A stretch of DNA of 57,299 nt from assembly GCA_048941015.1 (NCBI GenBank), contig JBHLNZ010000014.1:1-57299 (forward strand), read 5' to 3'. A model generated the notes under the pieces. That model was not told where the DNA came from. It made no database searches and saw nothing but the letters and a program-made list of their open reading frames with translations. Shown here piece after piece: positions 10,383 through 20,265 of this stretch. The translations under genes were made by a program, and so were the position numbers. How positions within the stretch are numbered: the stretch's first letter is position 1; every line of letters starts with the position of its first letter. The DNA is from Promethearchaeota archaeon. GTDB taxonomy: Archaea; Asgardarchaeota; Lokiarchaeia; Sigyniarchaeales; SOKP01.

Positions 10383-10889
10383 TTAACTTGTCTTCTTCTT
10401 TATTTTCCCTTCTAACCACCCAATTTTATTCGTTTTCTGATAATCGAAGTGCGGTACATATGGTTTTATATCTAATAGGGGGGTTTTATCAAGAATATCC
10501 AAATTATTTACATGTAGTGAATTTTCTTTAATTTCGAGTAATTCTAATATGGATATCCCGATTGGATTAGGTCGAAATGGGGTGCGAATCGCAAAAACTC
10601 CTTTTGCCTCATCATCTAAAAAGGGTTTGGATTGAAGTGGTACAGGTAATTTTACCATATCAAAAAAATATATGCAGAAAATATGGGAAAATCCGCTTAA
10701 ATCTTTAAGAGCAGGTTGATATTGAGGAAATAATTCAATGATTCCTTTTGTATTTGACATTGGCGGTTGGATAGGAATTCCTTCAAAATTTTTAAAGGGA
10801 GAATGAATAATTCCAATTGGTTGGAAGCAAATCTTTTCTGGAAATTTTCTTTCTTTAAAATTATATAATTCTCTTGTAATAATTTCCAT
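10383..10889 (-). CDS. tsaA: TrmO/TsaA (YaeB)-family SAM-binding tRNA methyltransferase, single-domain form
   Basis: PIGIIHSPF, GVFAIRTPFRPNPIGIS, TPLLDIKPY. Confidence 0.88.
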   Translation of the reverse strand: MEIITRELYNFKERKFPEKICFQPIGIIHSPFKNFEGIPIQPPMSNTKGIIELFPQYQPALKDLSGFSHIFCIYFFDMVKLPVPLQSKPFLDDEAKGVFAIRTPFRPNPIGISILELLEIKENSLHVNNLDILDKTPLLDIKPYVPHFDYQKTNKIGWLEGKIKKKTS

Positions 10890-10979
10890 AATATTTAAAA
10901 ACTCTTATTTATAATTTTATTTCTTGTAAATAAGGAAACTATTAAATTAATTTATAATTCAAGTTTTTTAAATTAACTT

Positions 10980-11552
10980 TTATAAAGTACCTTTAGTTGA
11001 TGGAATTTCATCAGAACTTATTCTTATCGCTATTTTAATTGCTTGAGCTAAAGCTTTAAAACTAGCTTCAATCTTATGATGTTGATCTTTACCATAAAGA
11101 ATATGGAGATGAAGATTCATTTTAGCATTTTCTGCAAATGAATTGAAAAAATGATGTACATCTTCAACAGCTACATCTTCAATATTGCACTCAATTAATT
11201 TTAAATCCAATATTAGTGTTTTACGTCCTGAGAAATCTAATGCACATCTAGCTAAAGACTCATCCATGGGTATAAGTGCAAATCCATAGCGATTTATTCC
11301 TATTTTATCACCTAATGCTTTTAGAAAACATTGTCCCAACACAATTCCTACATCCTCAATGACATGATGGGTTAAATCTCCTATTGCTTTTATCTTAAGA
11401 TCTAAATCAGCATGTTTAGCAAGTATTTTTAACATATGATCAATAAATTTAAAACCAGTATCAATATCATAAGTACCTTTGCCATCTAGATTCAATTCAA
11501 TAGAGATATTTGTTTCAGTTGTCTTTCTTGATATTTCGACTTTTCTTTCCAA
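10980..11552 (-). CDS. hisB: Imidazoleglycerol-phosphate dehydratase
   Basis: RKTTETNI, DHML, HHVIED, PMDESLA, DQHHKIEASFKA, IPSTKG; TTG start. Confidence 0.95.
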   Translation of the reverse strand: MERKVEISRKTTETNISIELNLDGKGTYDIDTGFKFIDHMLKILAKHADLDLKIKAIGDLTHHVIEDVGIVLGQCFLKALGDKIGINRYGFALIPMDESLARCALDFSGRKTLILDLKLIECNIEDVAVEDVHHFFNSFAENAKMNLHLHILYGKDQHHKIEASFKALAQAIKIAIRISSDEIPSTKGTL

Positions 11553-11698
11553 TTTTTTACAACTTTTTTGATATTTTAGATTAGATATTTCAATAGCTAA
11601 TATATTTTCATAAACATAAATAATTTTTTAATAAAGATAAGCAAAAGGAAGAACAAGATTGAAAAAATAATTTATTTTTCTTGTTTATTTAGATATTA

Positions 11699-11863
11699 TT
11701 ATGATAATTGCTTTTTTGATGTATAGGTCTTAAGAATTCTATCCCATTTTTCAGCAAGATCTATAAGACCGGTTCTTTTAAATAAAACTACGGCACGACT
11801 TATTATCTGTTCTATTCTGTTATCTACCAGCTCATTATTTTTTAAACTTTCAAAATCCATCAT
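11699..11863 (-). CDS. 54-aa microprotein, paralog of 11989..12138 (not in ORF track)
   Basis: Manual translation MMDFESLKNNELVDNRIEQIISRAVVLFKRTGLIDLAEKWDRILKTYTSKKQLS*; 15/31 ungapped identities with its neighbour. Confidence 0.75.
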   Translation of the reverse strand: MMDFESLKNNELVDNRIEQIISRAVVLFKRTGLIDLAEKWDRILKTYTSKKQLS

Positions 11864-11988
11864 AATTGATTTAAAAACGTGAATTAATAAAAATTATAAT
11901 ATTATGGAGATATAATTAAAAGGATATCACTTTCTTTTAGAATAACATACTTAAAATGAGGTTTTGATTACACTCGACAAAAAAATTT

Positions 11989-12138
11989 TTATTGTGATTC
12001 TTTTACTTTATTATAATTCTTTAGAACTTCTTCTCCTTTATTAGCTAATTCGGTAAGTCCCGTTTGTTTACATAATGATACTACACGATTTAGAATTTTA
12101 GCAATATTTTCTTCATGCTTTAAAAAATTGTTCTCCAT
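11989..12138 (-). CDS. 49-aa microprotein, paralog of 11699..11863 (not in ORF track)
   Basis: Manual translation MENNFLKHEENIAKILNRVVSLCKQTGLTELANKGEEVLKNYNKVKESQ*. Confidence 0.75.
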   Translation of the reverse strand: MENNFLKHEENIAKILNRVVSLCKQTGLTELANKGEEVLKNYNKVKESQ

Positions 12139-12292
12139 ATCATTCTAATAATCATAATGAAAAAGATAAAAAATTGTATGTCATGTGGATAATTACATTT
12201 CTAAACATGAAATTAATAGCGTTCTAATAGCTATATTTAAATTAATTAAATATTATATATTTTTAAAAAACAATTAAATAGAGTGGTTTCTT

Positions 12293-13270
12293 GTGGAAAG
12301 TCTTCCAAATATTGACTTAATAACTCAATTGTTAAAAAATTTTATGTATGAGATAGATGGAGCAGCCGCAGTTGCCATTTGTGACAGGGACGGCTTTATA
12401 ATTGCTTCAGAAAGTAAAGAAAAGAAAAAAGAGGATGCTGACTCTGTGATGGGAGCGATTTCTGCTTTTCTTGATATTTATATAGACCGAATAAAAAATG
12501 AATTTCAAACCCAAAGTAATTTTTTTAACATTACATCAATGCAAGATAAAAAATTTGCATATTGTTCTATGGGATCGAATTCGATTTTAACTACAATCGC
12601 AGATCCATCAACTTCTGATATGGAATTGAGAGTTTTTTCTGAACATATAGCAGGAAAAATAGAAATGATATTAGACGGGTATGATAATGTTTCTACTCAA
12701 ATACCTGAAATAATAAGAGTCTTATCAAAAAGAAAAGAAGGAAAACTACCCAAAGGAAAATTTACTGCAAAAATAATATTAACGGGAGATTTTAAAGTAG
12801 GAAAAACATCCCTAATCAAAAGATTCATAGAAAATAGTTTCAGAGAAAGTTATATCTCTACTATCGGAGTCGAGATATCAAAAAAATCGATTATTATAGA
12901 TGAAGATACAAATATTCAATTTGTGATATGGGATATTGGGGGCCAGATTACTCAAATGGCACCTTATCGTAAACGCTTCTATGAAGGGGCTAATGCAGCT
13001 TTTATAGTAGTAGATAGAACTCGCGAGGGTCATCTTGACAGTGTAAAGGTATGGTATAAAGATATTAAAGAATCAGTTCCAAATGATATACCAATTGTAA
13101 TTATAGGAAACAAATCAGATTTGCGTGATAACATCATTCTTACTGAAGATGATATAAAAGTTGTAGCAAAACAATATGATTTTCATTATATTCTTACTTC
13201 TGCAAAAACAGGAGAAAATGTAAACGAAGCATTTCTATATATTGCTTATCGCTTTATAGAGAAGGCATAA
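12293..13270 (+). CDS. Roadblock/LC7 domain fused to a Rab-like small GTPase
   Basis: N-terminal AVAICDRDGFIIAS roadblock; G1 GDFKVGKTS, G2 YISTIGVE, G3 WDIGGQ, G4 NKSD, G5 TSAKTG; no C-terminal Cys prenylation motif. Confidence 0.92.
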   Translation: MESLPNIDLITQLLKNFMYEIDGAAAVAICDRDGFIIASESKEKKKEDADSVMGAISAFLDIYIDRIKNEFQTQSNFFNITSMQDKKFAYCSMGSNSILTTIADPSTSDMELRVFSEHIAGKIEMILDGYDNVSTQIPEIIRVLSKRKEGKLPKGKFTAKIILTGDFKVGKTSLIKRFIENSFRESYISTIGVEISKKSIIIDEDTNIQFVIWDIGGQITQMAPYRKRFYEGANAAFIVVDRTREGHLDSVKVWYKDIKESVPNDIPIVIIGNKSDLRDNIILTEDDIKVVAKQYDFHYILTSAKTGENVNEAFLYIAYRFIEKA

Positions 13271-13476
13271 TATTTTTGAGGAAGGGAACCACTATTTCTA
13301 AATAAATTTATTATTATATATAAAATGCAAATTTTTTTACTCAATTATCATTTTTATAATTATTAGGTGAGATAGACAATATAATTAAAAATAATTAACA
13401 GGAGGTTAGAATTAATATCGTATTAAAAGTGCATTGGCATGACATAATAGCGACATGAAATGTAGCCGGATATCTT

Positions 13477-14343
13477 ATGGGGTTCTCTATTAAAGAATTG
13501 ACTTATAAAGAGAAACATTTATTATTTCTAACGGAGCAAGAATTAGCGGGACCATGGTTTTCATTTACTCTTACAAGTAAAAAAGTCGGGAAAGTTCCAA
13601 TAGTACTAAAAAACATTGAACCTACTCCGATTTATAAAATGGTTAATTCTAGAGCCGGAACAGTAATTGATCGTATTACGCTTGATTTTGATATTAAAGA
13701 ATATCTTAAGAAATTGATCAAGGAAGGAAAAATTCAACCTATAACATTTAAAAAAGAACACTCTTTGATTCGTCTTTACATTGACGTTTTTAATCGACCA
13801 AAAGTACCGTATATCAATACATTTTTTACTTTAAAAAATATTTCAGATTACAGCTTGAATAATTTCTCTATGTATTTTGTATTTGATTTCGATATTAATG
13901 GCTTAGAAGGATTCGACGATGATTATTCAGGGTATGATGAAGTGAATGACATAATTTATCAGTATGATCACACAGGATTACATGCAGGATTTTCACCTAT
14001 ATCAAGGTCAACCTACCATGAAACATGCTTAACTAAAGATTTTAGAATAAATAATGAGAAACTAAATTTATCAAATACACTTTATGATGGTGCAGGTGAA
14101 ATTCTTTCCGCCTTACAAATTGAATTCATGACATTAAAACCTGAACATACTTTCCAGACAGTATTAACAATTTCAGGAGGATCAAACAAAGAAGAGTTAA
14201 TTGAAAACATAATAGCCGGAAAAAGTTATGCTATTACTTATTTAGCACAGGTTAATAGATCTGTAAAATCAGAACAACGTAATAAACAAGAAGAAGCATT
14301 CTTAAAAATAAATCTTCAGGAAGCAATTGATTGCAATAAGTAA
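13477..14343 (+). CDS. Hypothetical protein, probably beta-rich with an acidic loop (FDFDINGLEGFDDDYSGYD)
   Basis: 288-aa ORF with normal composition; family not recognised. Confidence 0.7.
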   Translation: MGFSIKELTYKEKHLLFLTEQELAGPWFSFTLTSKKVGKVPIVLKNIEPTPIYKMVNSRAGTVIDRITLDFDIKEYLKKLIKEGKIQPITFKKEHSLIRLYIDVFNRPKVPYINTFFTLKNISDYSLNNFSMYFVFDFDINGLEGFDDDYSGYDEVNDIIYQYDHTGLHAGFSPISRSTYHETCLTKDFRINNEKLNLSNTLYDGAGEILSALQIEFMTLKPEHTFQTVLTISGGSNKEELIENIIAGKSYAITYLAQVNRSVKSEQRNKQEEAFLKINLQEAIDCNK

Positions 14344-14422
14344 TAAATCCTGTAATGATTCAAATAAAAAATCCTTATGGAAAGTTATTTGATGAATGCT
14401 CTGCGCGAGTTCGGATTTAATT

Positions 14423-15634
14423 TTAAATAAATAAATCTAAAATATTAAAATTATCATCGATAATCTCTTCAAACATTCTGAATTGAATTTTTTTTTTATG
14501 GTTTGAGATTTTTTTACCAACATTTTGAATTTTTTTATTATTAGGAAATTTTGAATTTATTACAATTACATAATTCCTAAATCTTTCCCAATTAGGGGTG
14601 CTATTTAAATAATTTTGAATAGTATTTTCGTCTAGCTTTACTTTAATTTCATTATCATAAAACTTTTCATCAAATCTCTCTTCATCGATAAGTAAATAAT
14701 CAATAACTATCTCTTGACCCTCTAAATTTTCCAGAATTATTATTCCCTTCTGCTTTTGTTTTTCAAAACTAATTTTAAAACCATAATTTTGTGATTTTTT
14801 ATATATTGTATACAATAAGTACTGATAATCTTTAAAATCTCCAATTTGAGAGGTAGATATCTTGTTTTCGATTATCGGTTTAAAATCTTCATTTAATTCA
14901 TAACCAATTCCTTTTCTAAATAGAGATTTTGCAACCTTTAAACACGTCCCACTTCCTACAAACGGATCTAATACGCTATCTCCTATTAATGAAAACATTC
15001 TTATAATTCGATATGGTAATTCATCAGGGAACATAGCAATATGTTCTTTTTGTTGTACACCTGGAAAGCTCCAATGACCAACAAACCATTTTTTCCATTC
15101 ACTAAGAGAAATTTTTGAAAACTCTTTCCTTCTCAAATCAACTTTTTTTGTTTTTCCTTGATGCTTTTTAAAAATTAAAATATGTTCATAATCATACGTA
15201 ATTAAACCATTTCGTGGATAATATATTGAACCCATTAAAGTACACCCACCAGTAGTATTAGTTGTACTCACTTTTTGCCAAATAATATCTCCAAGAAAAT
15301 CAAATCCAATTTCGATGCAATCATTAATTATTTTACTTGCAATCGATAATATCCTGTATCTTCCAAATTCTGTTGTTCTTAGGTATTGATCTCCAACATT
15401 TATAACCATACGGCATTGAGGTTCAAGCACTCGAAAGCATTCCTCCCAAACCTTCTTTAATCTTTTAAAATAATCCTCGAATGAATCAGAAAATCCGATT
15501 TGATCAGTAGGACCATAATCTTTTATTTTTCCATAAGGTGGAGAGGTTAAAATTAATTGAATTGAATTTTCTTGAATTTCTTCCATGTTTTCAGATGATT
15601 TATAATATACTTCTGGGTCATAAATCTCAAACAA
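14423..15634 (-). CDS. Orphan beta-class amino (N4-C/N6-A) DNA methyltransferase with C-terminal extension
   Basis: Motif IV TSPPY precedes motif I DPFVGSGT; HIAMFP; GYEL; about 140 extra C-terminal aa. Confidence 0.88.
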   Translation of the reverse strand: MFEIYDPEVYYKSSENMEEIQENSIQLILTSPPYGKIKDYGPTDQIGFSDSFEDYFKRLKKVWEECFRVLEPQCRMVINVGDQYLRTTEFGRYRILSIASKIINDCIEIGFDFLGDIIWQKVSTTNTTGGCTLMGSIYYPRNGLITYDYEHILIFKKHQGKTKKVDLRRKEFSKISLSEWKKWFVGHWSFPGVQQKEHIAMFPDELPYRIIRMFSLIGDSVLDPFVGSGTCLKVAKSLFRKGIGYELNEDFKPIIENKISTSQIGDFKDYQYLLYTIYKKSQNYGFKISFEKQKQKGIIILENLEGQEIVIDYLLIDEERFDEKFYDNEIKVKLDENTIQNYLNSTPNWERFRNYVIVINSKFPNNKKIQNVGKKISNHKKKIQFRMFEEIIDDNFNILDLFI

Positions 15635-15800
15635 AAATTATTCCTCACATCTCCAATATTTGAATTCAAAAATATTTCAATTCGTATATAATTTCATTCC
15701 TTCAAGTTTTTTTATTAACTTCTTATTATTTATTATATTTTAACAAATTTATTAATTGGTTGTGAATTTTTAAAAGTTAAAAATTAAAGCAAATTTAGAT

Positions 15801-17321
15801 ATGGCTCATCATTCGAAGATAAATCAAGTTATATTAATTTTAGTAGATGATGTTCGCTCTTCTCACATATTCGAGCTAATAAGCCAAAAAAAGCTTCCAA
15901 ATCTGGCTAAGATTTCTCAAAGTGGAATTATATGCCAAAATTGTATTACTACTTATCCTAGTGTCACTTTTCCATGTTATAGTAATATTATTACGGGGAC
16001 TTATTCAGGCTATTTTCCTATTCAAGGCTCGGGAATCCCTTTATATCATTATGTTAGGCGCTTAGATCCTCCTGAAACTGGAAAAAGATTTCCAAAAATT
16101 ATAAACTATGGAAAAGGTACTTATAACAAAATGATTAAAGAACTTGGTCCAAACTGTCGAACAATATTTGAACAAGCAGATAAAGGAAATTTGTTTAGTT
16201 CTATGAATGTTGTAAGTCGTGGTTCCTTATTGATATCCCCAAACCCATATACAACAGAAATGGCATTAAAAAATGTAGAAAAAGCTTTTAAGAATCCAAG
16301 TAAATTTTTTGAAAATAACGAGGTCCCGATAATAACAGTTGTATATATCCCATACACTGATCATCTAATGCATCATAAAGGATTTGACCATCCTGAGTAT
16401 ATCAATGAGTTAAGAATATTTGATCAAGGAATTGGAAAAGTAATTGGTACATTAAAGAAGACAGGCTACTATGATTCTACTGCTATTGGGATTATTAGTG
16501 ACCATGGGAATTATAAAGGGAGAAATGTATTTAACCTTGAACCATTTTTTCAACATCTTGGGTTAATACAATACCAACCAAAGAAAGGAACGGGAGATTT
16601 TGATTGTAATTTTGGTGCAGTAGGATTTCTTAATTTTCCAGGAGAGAATTGGCGTTATCATCCAACTATTAAAGAGATGGAAAATTTTAAGCCGAGTGGG
16701 ATAGGGAAAAAACCATTAAATTTATTTACGGAGTTGTGGAAAATTCCTGGTATAAAATATATGTATTATAAAGATGATGATAGTTCGCCTAACAAGGGGA
16801 GAATTCATATTAATTTTAAACCTAATGGTTCAAATAAAATCTATAAAGGAATGATTGAATATCAAGGCCATGGAATAGATCAAAAAACCAGGTATATTTT
16901 TGAAGATATGGAATTTTATGGCTATAACAAAGATATTAAAGCTTCAAAAATCTTAGATCAAAGAAGCCATAATATTAATGAATGGTTAGACTACACAAAT
17001 CATCTTGACTTTCCTATGTTAATCGATCAAATACCACGCTGTTTTAAGAATCCAAAATGTTGCGATATTATAGTATCAAATGGAGGATCTCATGTATTTA
17101 ATTATGAGCATGGTAAGACTGTCGATACTTCTCCTTATTCTCATGATATTGCTCTTAGAGATTCGATGGTTGTACCATTTCTAATTGGTGGATCACAAAA
17201 TATTCCTGATTTGGAATTAGAATATTGTAAAACAACAGATATGGTCCCAACTTTATTAGAATTTTTGGGAATTAAACCAGATTCCAGTGTTGTTGGAAAA
17301 TCTGTATTAAATTATAAATAA
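15801..17321 (+). CDS. Alkaline-phosphatase superfamily nucleotide pyrophosphatase/phosphodiesterase
   Basis: LVDD, Thr nucleophile in YPSVTFP, DHLMH, ISDHG, SH, DMVPTLL; no signal peptide. Confidence 0.85.
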   Translation: MAHHSKINQVILILVDDVRSSHIFELISQKKLPNLAKISQSGIICQNCITTYPSVTFPCYSNIITGTYSGYFPIQGSGIPLYHYVRRLDPPETGKRFPKIINYGKGTYNKMIKELGPNCRTIFEQADKGNLFSSMNVVSRGSLLISPNPYTTEMALKNVEKAFKNPSKFFENNEVPIITVVYIPYTDHLMHHKGFDHPEYINELRIFDQGIGKVIGTLKKTGYYDSTAIGIISDHGNYKGRNVFNLEPFFQHLGLIQYQPKKGTGDFDCNFGAVGFLNFPGENWRYHPTIKEMENFKPSGIGKKPLNLFTELWKIPGIKYMYYKDDDSSPNKGRIHINFKPNGSNKIYKGMIEYQGHGIDQKTRYIFEDMEFYGYNKDIKASKILDQRSHNINEWLDYTNHLDFPMLIDQIPRCFKNPKCCDIIVSNGGSHVFNYEHGKTVDTSPYSHDIALRDSMVVPFLIGGSQNIPDLELEYCKTTDMVPTLLEFLGIKPDSSVVGKSVLNYK

Positions 17322-17342
17322 AATCAAAATAAAACTGTTATC

Positions 17343-20132
17343 ATGAAAGCGAAAAATATTATTATTGTTCAAGAGACTCATTGGGACAGGGAATGGTATA
17401 TCCCCTTCCAAGAGTTCAGAGCAAGACTTGTTTTAATGATGGATAAGCTATTAGAGATTTTGAAGAACGATCCAGATTATAAAAATTTTACGTTGGATGG
17501 TCAAACAATCCCGATTGAAGATTATCTCGAAGCGCGTCCTGAAGCTGAAGTTGAAATTATGAAATATGTAAATGAAAAACGATTATCTATAGGCCCTATG
17601 TATATCCTACCAGATGAATTTCTTGTTAGTGGTGAATCTATGATAAGAAATCTGTTAATTGGGCATCAAATAGCTAAAAAATTCGGTAGAGTAATGAAAA
17701 CAGGATACATCCCAGATCCTTTTGGTCATATTGCTCAATTACCTCAAATTTTAAGTGGTTTTGAAATTCCATCTGTCTTATTTGCAAGAGGATTTGGCGA
17801 TGAATTTGAAGAGAATAAACTGAATATGGAATTTATTTGGAATGCTCCAGGAAAATCAGCTTCTATTTTGGCAATTCATTTAATATTGGGTTATGGATCG
17901 ATTGCTGAAATAAATACCAAGACTATTAGTGGAACATATAAACCAGCGTTAAGGAGAATCAATTCAGCGATATCTGAGTTAGAAAAATTTACAGCTACTC
18001 CAATAATAGTTTTAAATTCCGGTTCTGATCATCATGAAGCACGTCCTGAAATCCCTGAAATAATTAGTCAATGGAATCAGAATTATCCTGATAAAAAAAT
18101 AGAACAAAATGATTTTGAATATTATATTCAGAAAGTTATAGAATGTAATCCCAAATTAAATGAGTTTCAAGGAGAATTAAGAGGAGGTAAATATCAACCT
18201 CTGCTTTCGGGTGTTTTTTCAGCACGTATGTGGATTAAACAAAGAAACACAAAAATAGAATATCTCTATGAGAAGTACACAGAACCAATCTCAACAATCG
18301 TTTGGACTCTCGATAAATATCATAAATTTAAGTACCCTAAGGATTATATTTACACGGGCTTAAAATGGCTGATTAAGAATCATCCTCATGATTCAATTTG
18401 CGGTTGTAGTATTGATCAAGTTCATAATGAAATGGTTACAAGATTTGATTGGGCCGAGCAAATTGGAAATGAAATCTTTAAAGATAGTATATCATATTTA
18501 TTTGATCTAATTGATGATGATTCTAGTTCAAAGAAAGTAGCCTTAATTGTATTCAATCCACTTCCTTGGAAAAGAAAGGATATTGTTTGTTTTAATAATT
18601 TAGTATACAGCAAAAGAAGTGATATAAAATCATCTGAAGATTTTAAAATAATTAATTCAGACGGAGTTGAAGTAGGATATCAATCTGTAGAAATCGATGA
18701 AGAGCCAAGAATCACTCAAGTAGGAGCAGTGAGTTATTGTTGTTCTTTTTTAGCTGAAGTTCCGGCATGTGGTTATAATACATATTATCTAATTCCTGGC
18801 AAAAAGCGAAATAATTATATCTTAGAAACAGAGGTTTTTAAGTCAAATCAATATTCTATAGAAAATAAATTTTATAGAATTTCAGTAAGCTTAAAAGGAA
18901 AAATTGATGTTTTAGACAAACAAAATGGAATTTCTTATGAAAATATCTGCTGGATTGAAGATGTGGGTGATTGGGGTGATGAGTATGATTTTTCAGGACC
19001 AATGGAAAATCAAACAGATTTATCGTTTACTTCAGAAGATCTAAACATTCTTTCTATATCCGAATACATTAATGGTCCAACTCAAAAAACCTTAAAAATT
19101 GAAGCAAATTTAAATCTGCCCGCTTCGTTAACAGAAGATAGATATAATCGGGATATATATTTGGTTTCAAATTTAATTGATATTTATATAAGTATATATA
19201 AAGACATAAAACGCATAGATTTTAAAATCGAAATAGAAAATAATAGTAAAGATCATCGTTTACAAGTACATTTTCCTACCTTAATAAAATCAGAGACAGT
19301 TTATGCTGATGGACAATTCTATGTCATACCAAGGTCGACAATTCTACCCAAAGTAAAAGATTGGGTTCAAGATCCTCTTCCAACGAATCATCAAAAAGAT
19401 TTTATTGCAGTTAGTGATGGTAAGAAATGTGTTGCTGTATTGAATAAAGGTCTTCCAGAATACGAGGCGATTACTAATAAGGATAATACCATTACTTTAG
19501 CAATCACACTTTTAAGATGTGTTGATTGGTTGTCTCGCAGTGATTTTGCATCAAGAACATCTAATGCAGGACCTGATTTTAGAACTCCAGGTGCTCAATG
19601 TCTAGGTAAACACACTTTTGAAGTTTCTTTTGTTATTGATTCGAAAGGAACTTGGTTTGATTCCAAAATTCACAAAAAAGGAAAGGAATTTAATTGCCCT
19701 CTAAAACCGATTATTCCTTTAATGGCTCAAAGTCTGATAAGAGCTCCAGATAAAATAAATTTTCTTTTAATTCCATTTTTAACAAAGAAAGATAAATCTA
19801 AGGAATTAAAGGGAGAACCAATCTTACCCATGAGTCTGAGCTTTTTAGAAATTGAAAATGATAATATCATATTAAGTTTAATAAAAAAGTCTGAAGAGGG
19901 TAATTCTTTGATCTTAAGGACATATAACATAAATTCGAATTCTGAAAAAACCCTTTTAAAATTCAATGAGAGATTAACAATTAAGAATGCAGAAATTGTG
20001 AATTTTTTAGAAGAGAAACCAATAAACAAAATAAAGGCAAAGATTAGAATTTTAACTGATAATTCCATTGAATTGTTAATAGAAGCACATGTTATAGCAA
20101 CGATTAAAATGGAAATAGAACTTAAAAAATAA
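17343..20132 (+). CDS. GH38 alpha-mannosidase (MngB-like)
   Basis: THWDREWY, LDGQT, PDEFL, PDPFGH, GSDH, HPHDSICGCS, ITLLR. Confidence 0.93.
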   Translation: MKAKNIIIVQETHWDREWYIPFQEFRARLVLMMDKLLEILKNDPDYKNFTLDGQTIPIEDYLEARPEAEVEIMKYVNEKRLSIGPMYILPDEFLVSGESMIRNLLIGHQIAKKFGRVMKTGYIPDPFGHIAQLPQILSGFEIPSVLFARGFGDEFEENKLNMEFIWNAPGKSASILAIHLILGYGSIAEINTKTISGTYKPALRRINSAISELEKFTATPIIVLNSGSDHHEARPEIPEIISQWNQNYPDKKIEQNDFEYYIQKVIECNPKLNEFQGELRGGKYQPLLSGVFSARMWIKQRNTKIEYLYEKYTEPISTIVWTLDKYHKFKYPKDYIYTGLKWLIKNHPHDSICGCSIDQVHNEMVTRFDWAEQIGNEIFKDSISYLFDLIDDDSSSKKVALIVFNPLPWKRKDIVCFNNLVYSKRSDIKSSEDFKIINSDGVEVGYQSVEIDEEPRITQVGAVSYCCSFLAEVPACGYNTYYLIPGKKRNNYILETEVFKSNQYSIENKFYRISVSLKGKIDVLDKQNGISYENICWIEDVGDWGDEYDFSGPMENQTDLSFTSEDLNILSISEYINGPTQKTLKIEANLNLPASLTEDRYNRDIYLVSNLIDIYISIYKDIKRIDFKIEIENNSKDHRLQVHFPTLIKSETVYADGQFYVIPRSTILPKVKDWVQDPLPTNHQKDFIAVSDGKKCVAVLNKGLPEYEAITNKDNTITLAITLLRCVDWLSRSDFASRTSNAGPDFRTPGAQCLGKHTFEVSFVIDSKGTWFDSKIHKKGKEFNCPLKPIIPLMAQSLIRAPDKINFLLIPFLTKKDKSKELKGEPILPMSLSFLEIENDNIILSLIKKSEEGNSLILRTYNINSNSEKTLLKFNERLTIKNAEIVNFLEEKPINKIKAKIRILTDNSIELLIEAHVIATIKMEIELKK

Positions 20133-20265
20133 AATATATTTTTTCAAAGAAACATATTTCATAATACATTTACTTTTTTTAGAAAAGAATTAATAAAAGA
20201 ATATTTATTCATTATTAGATTATTAAGTTAAGAGAATCAAAATTTCTATTGTAGAGTCGAAATCA

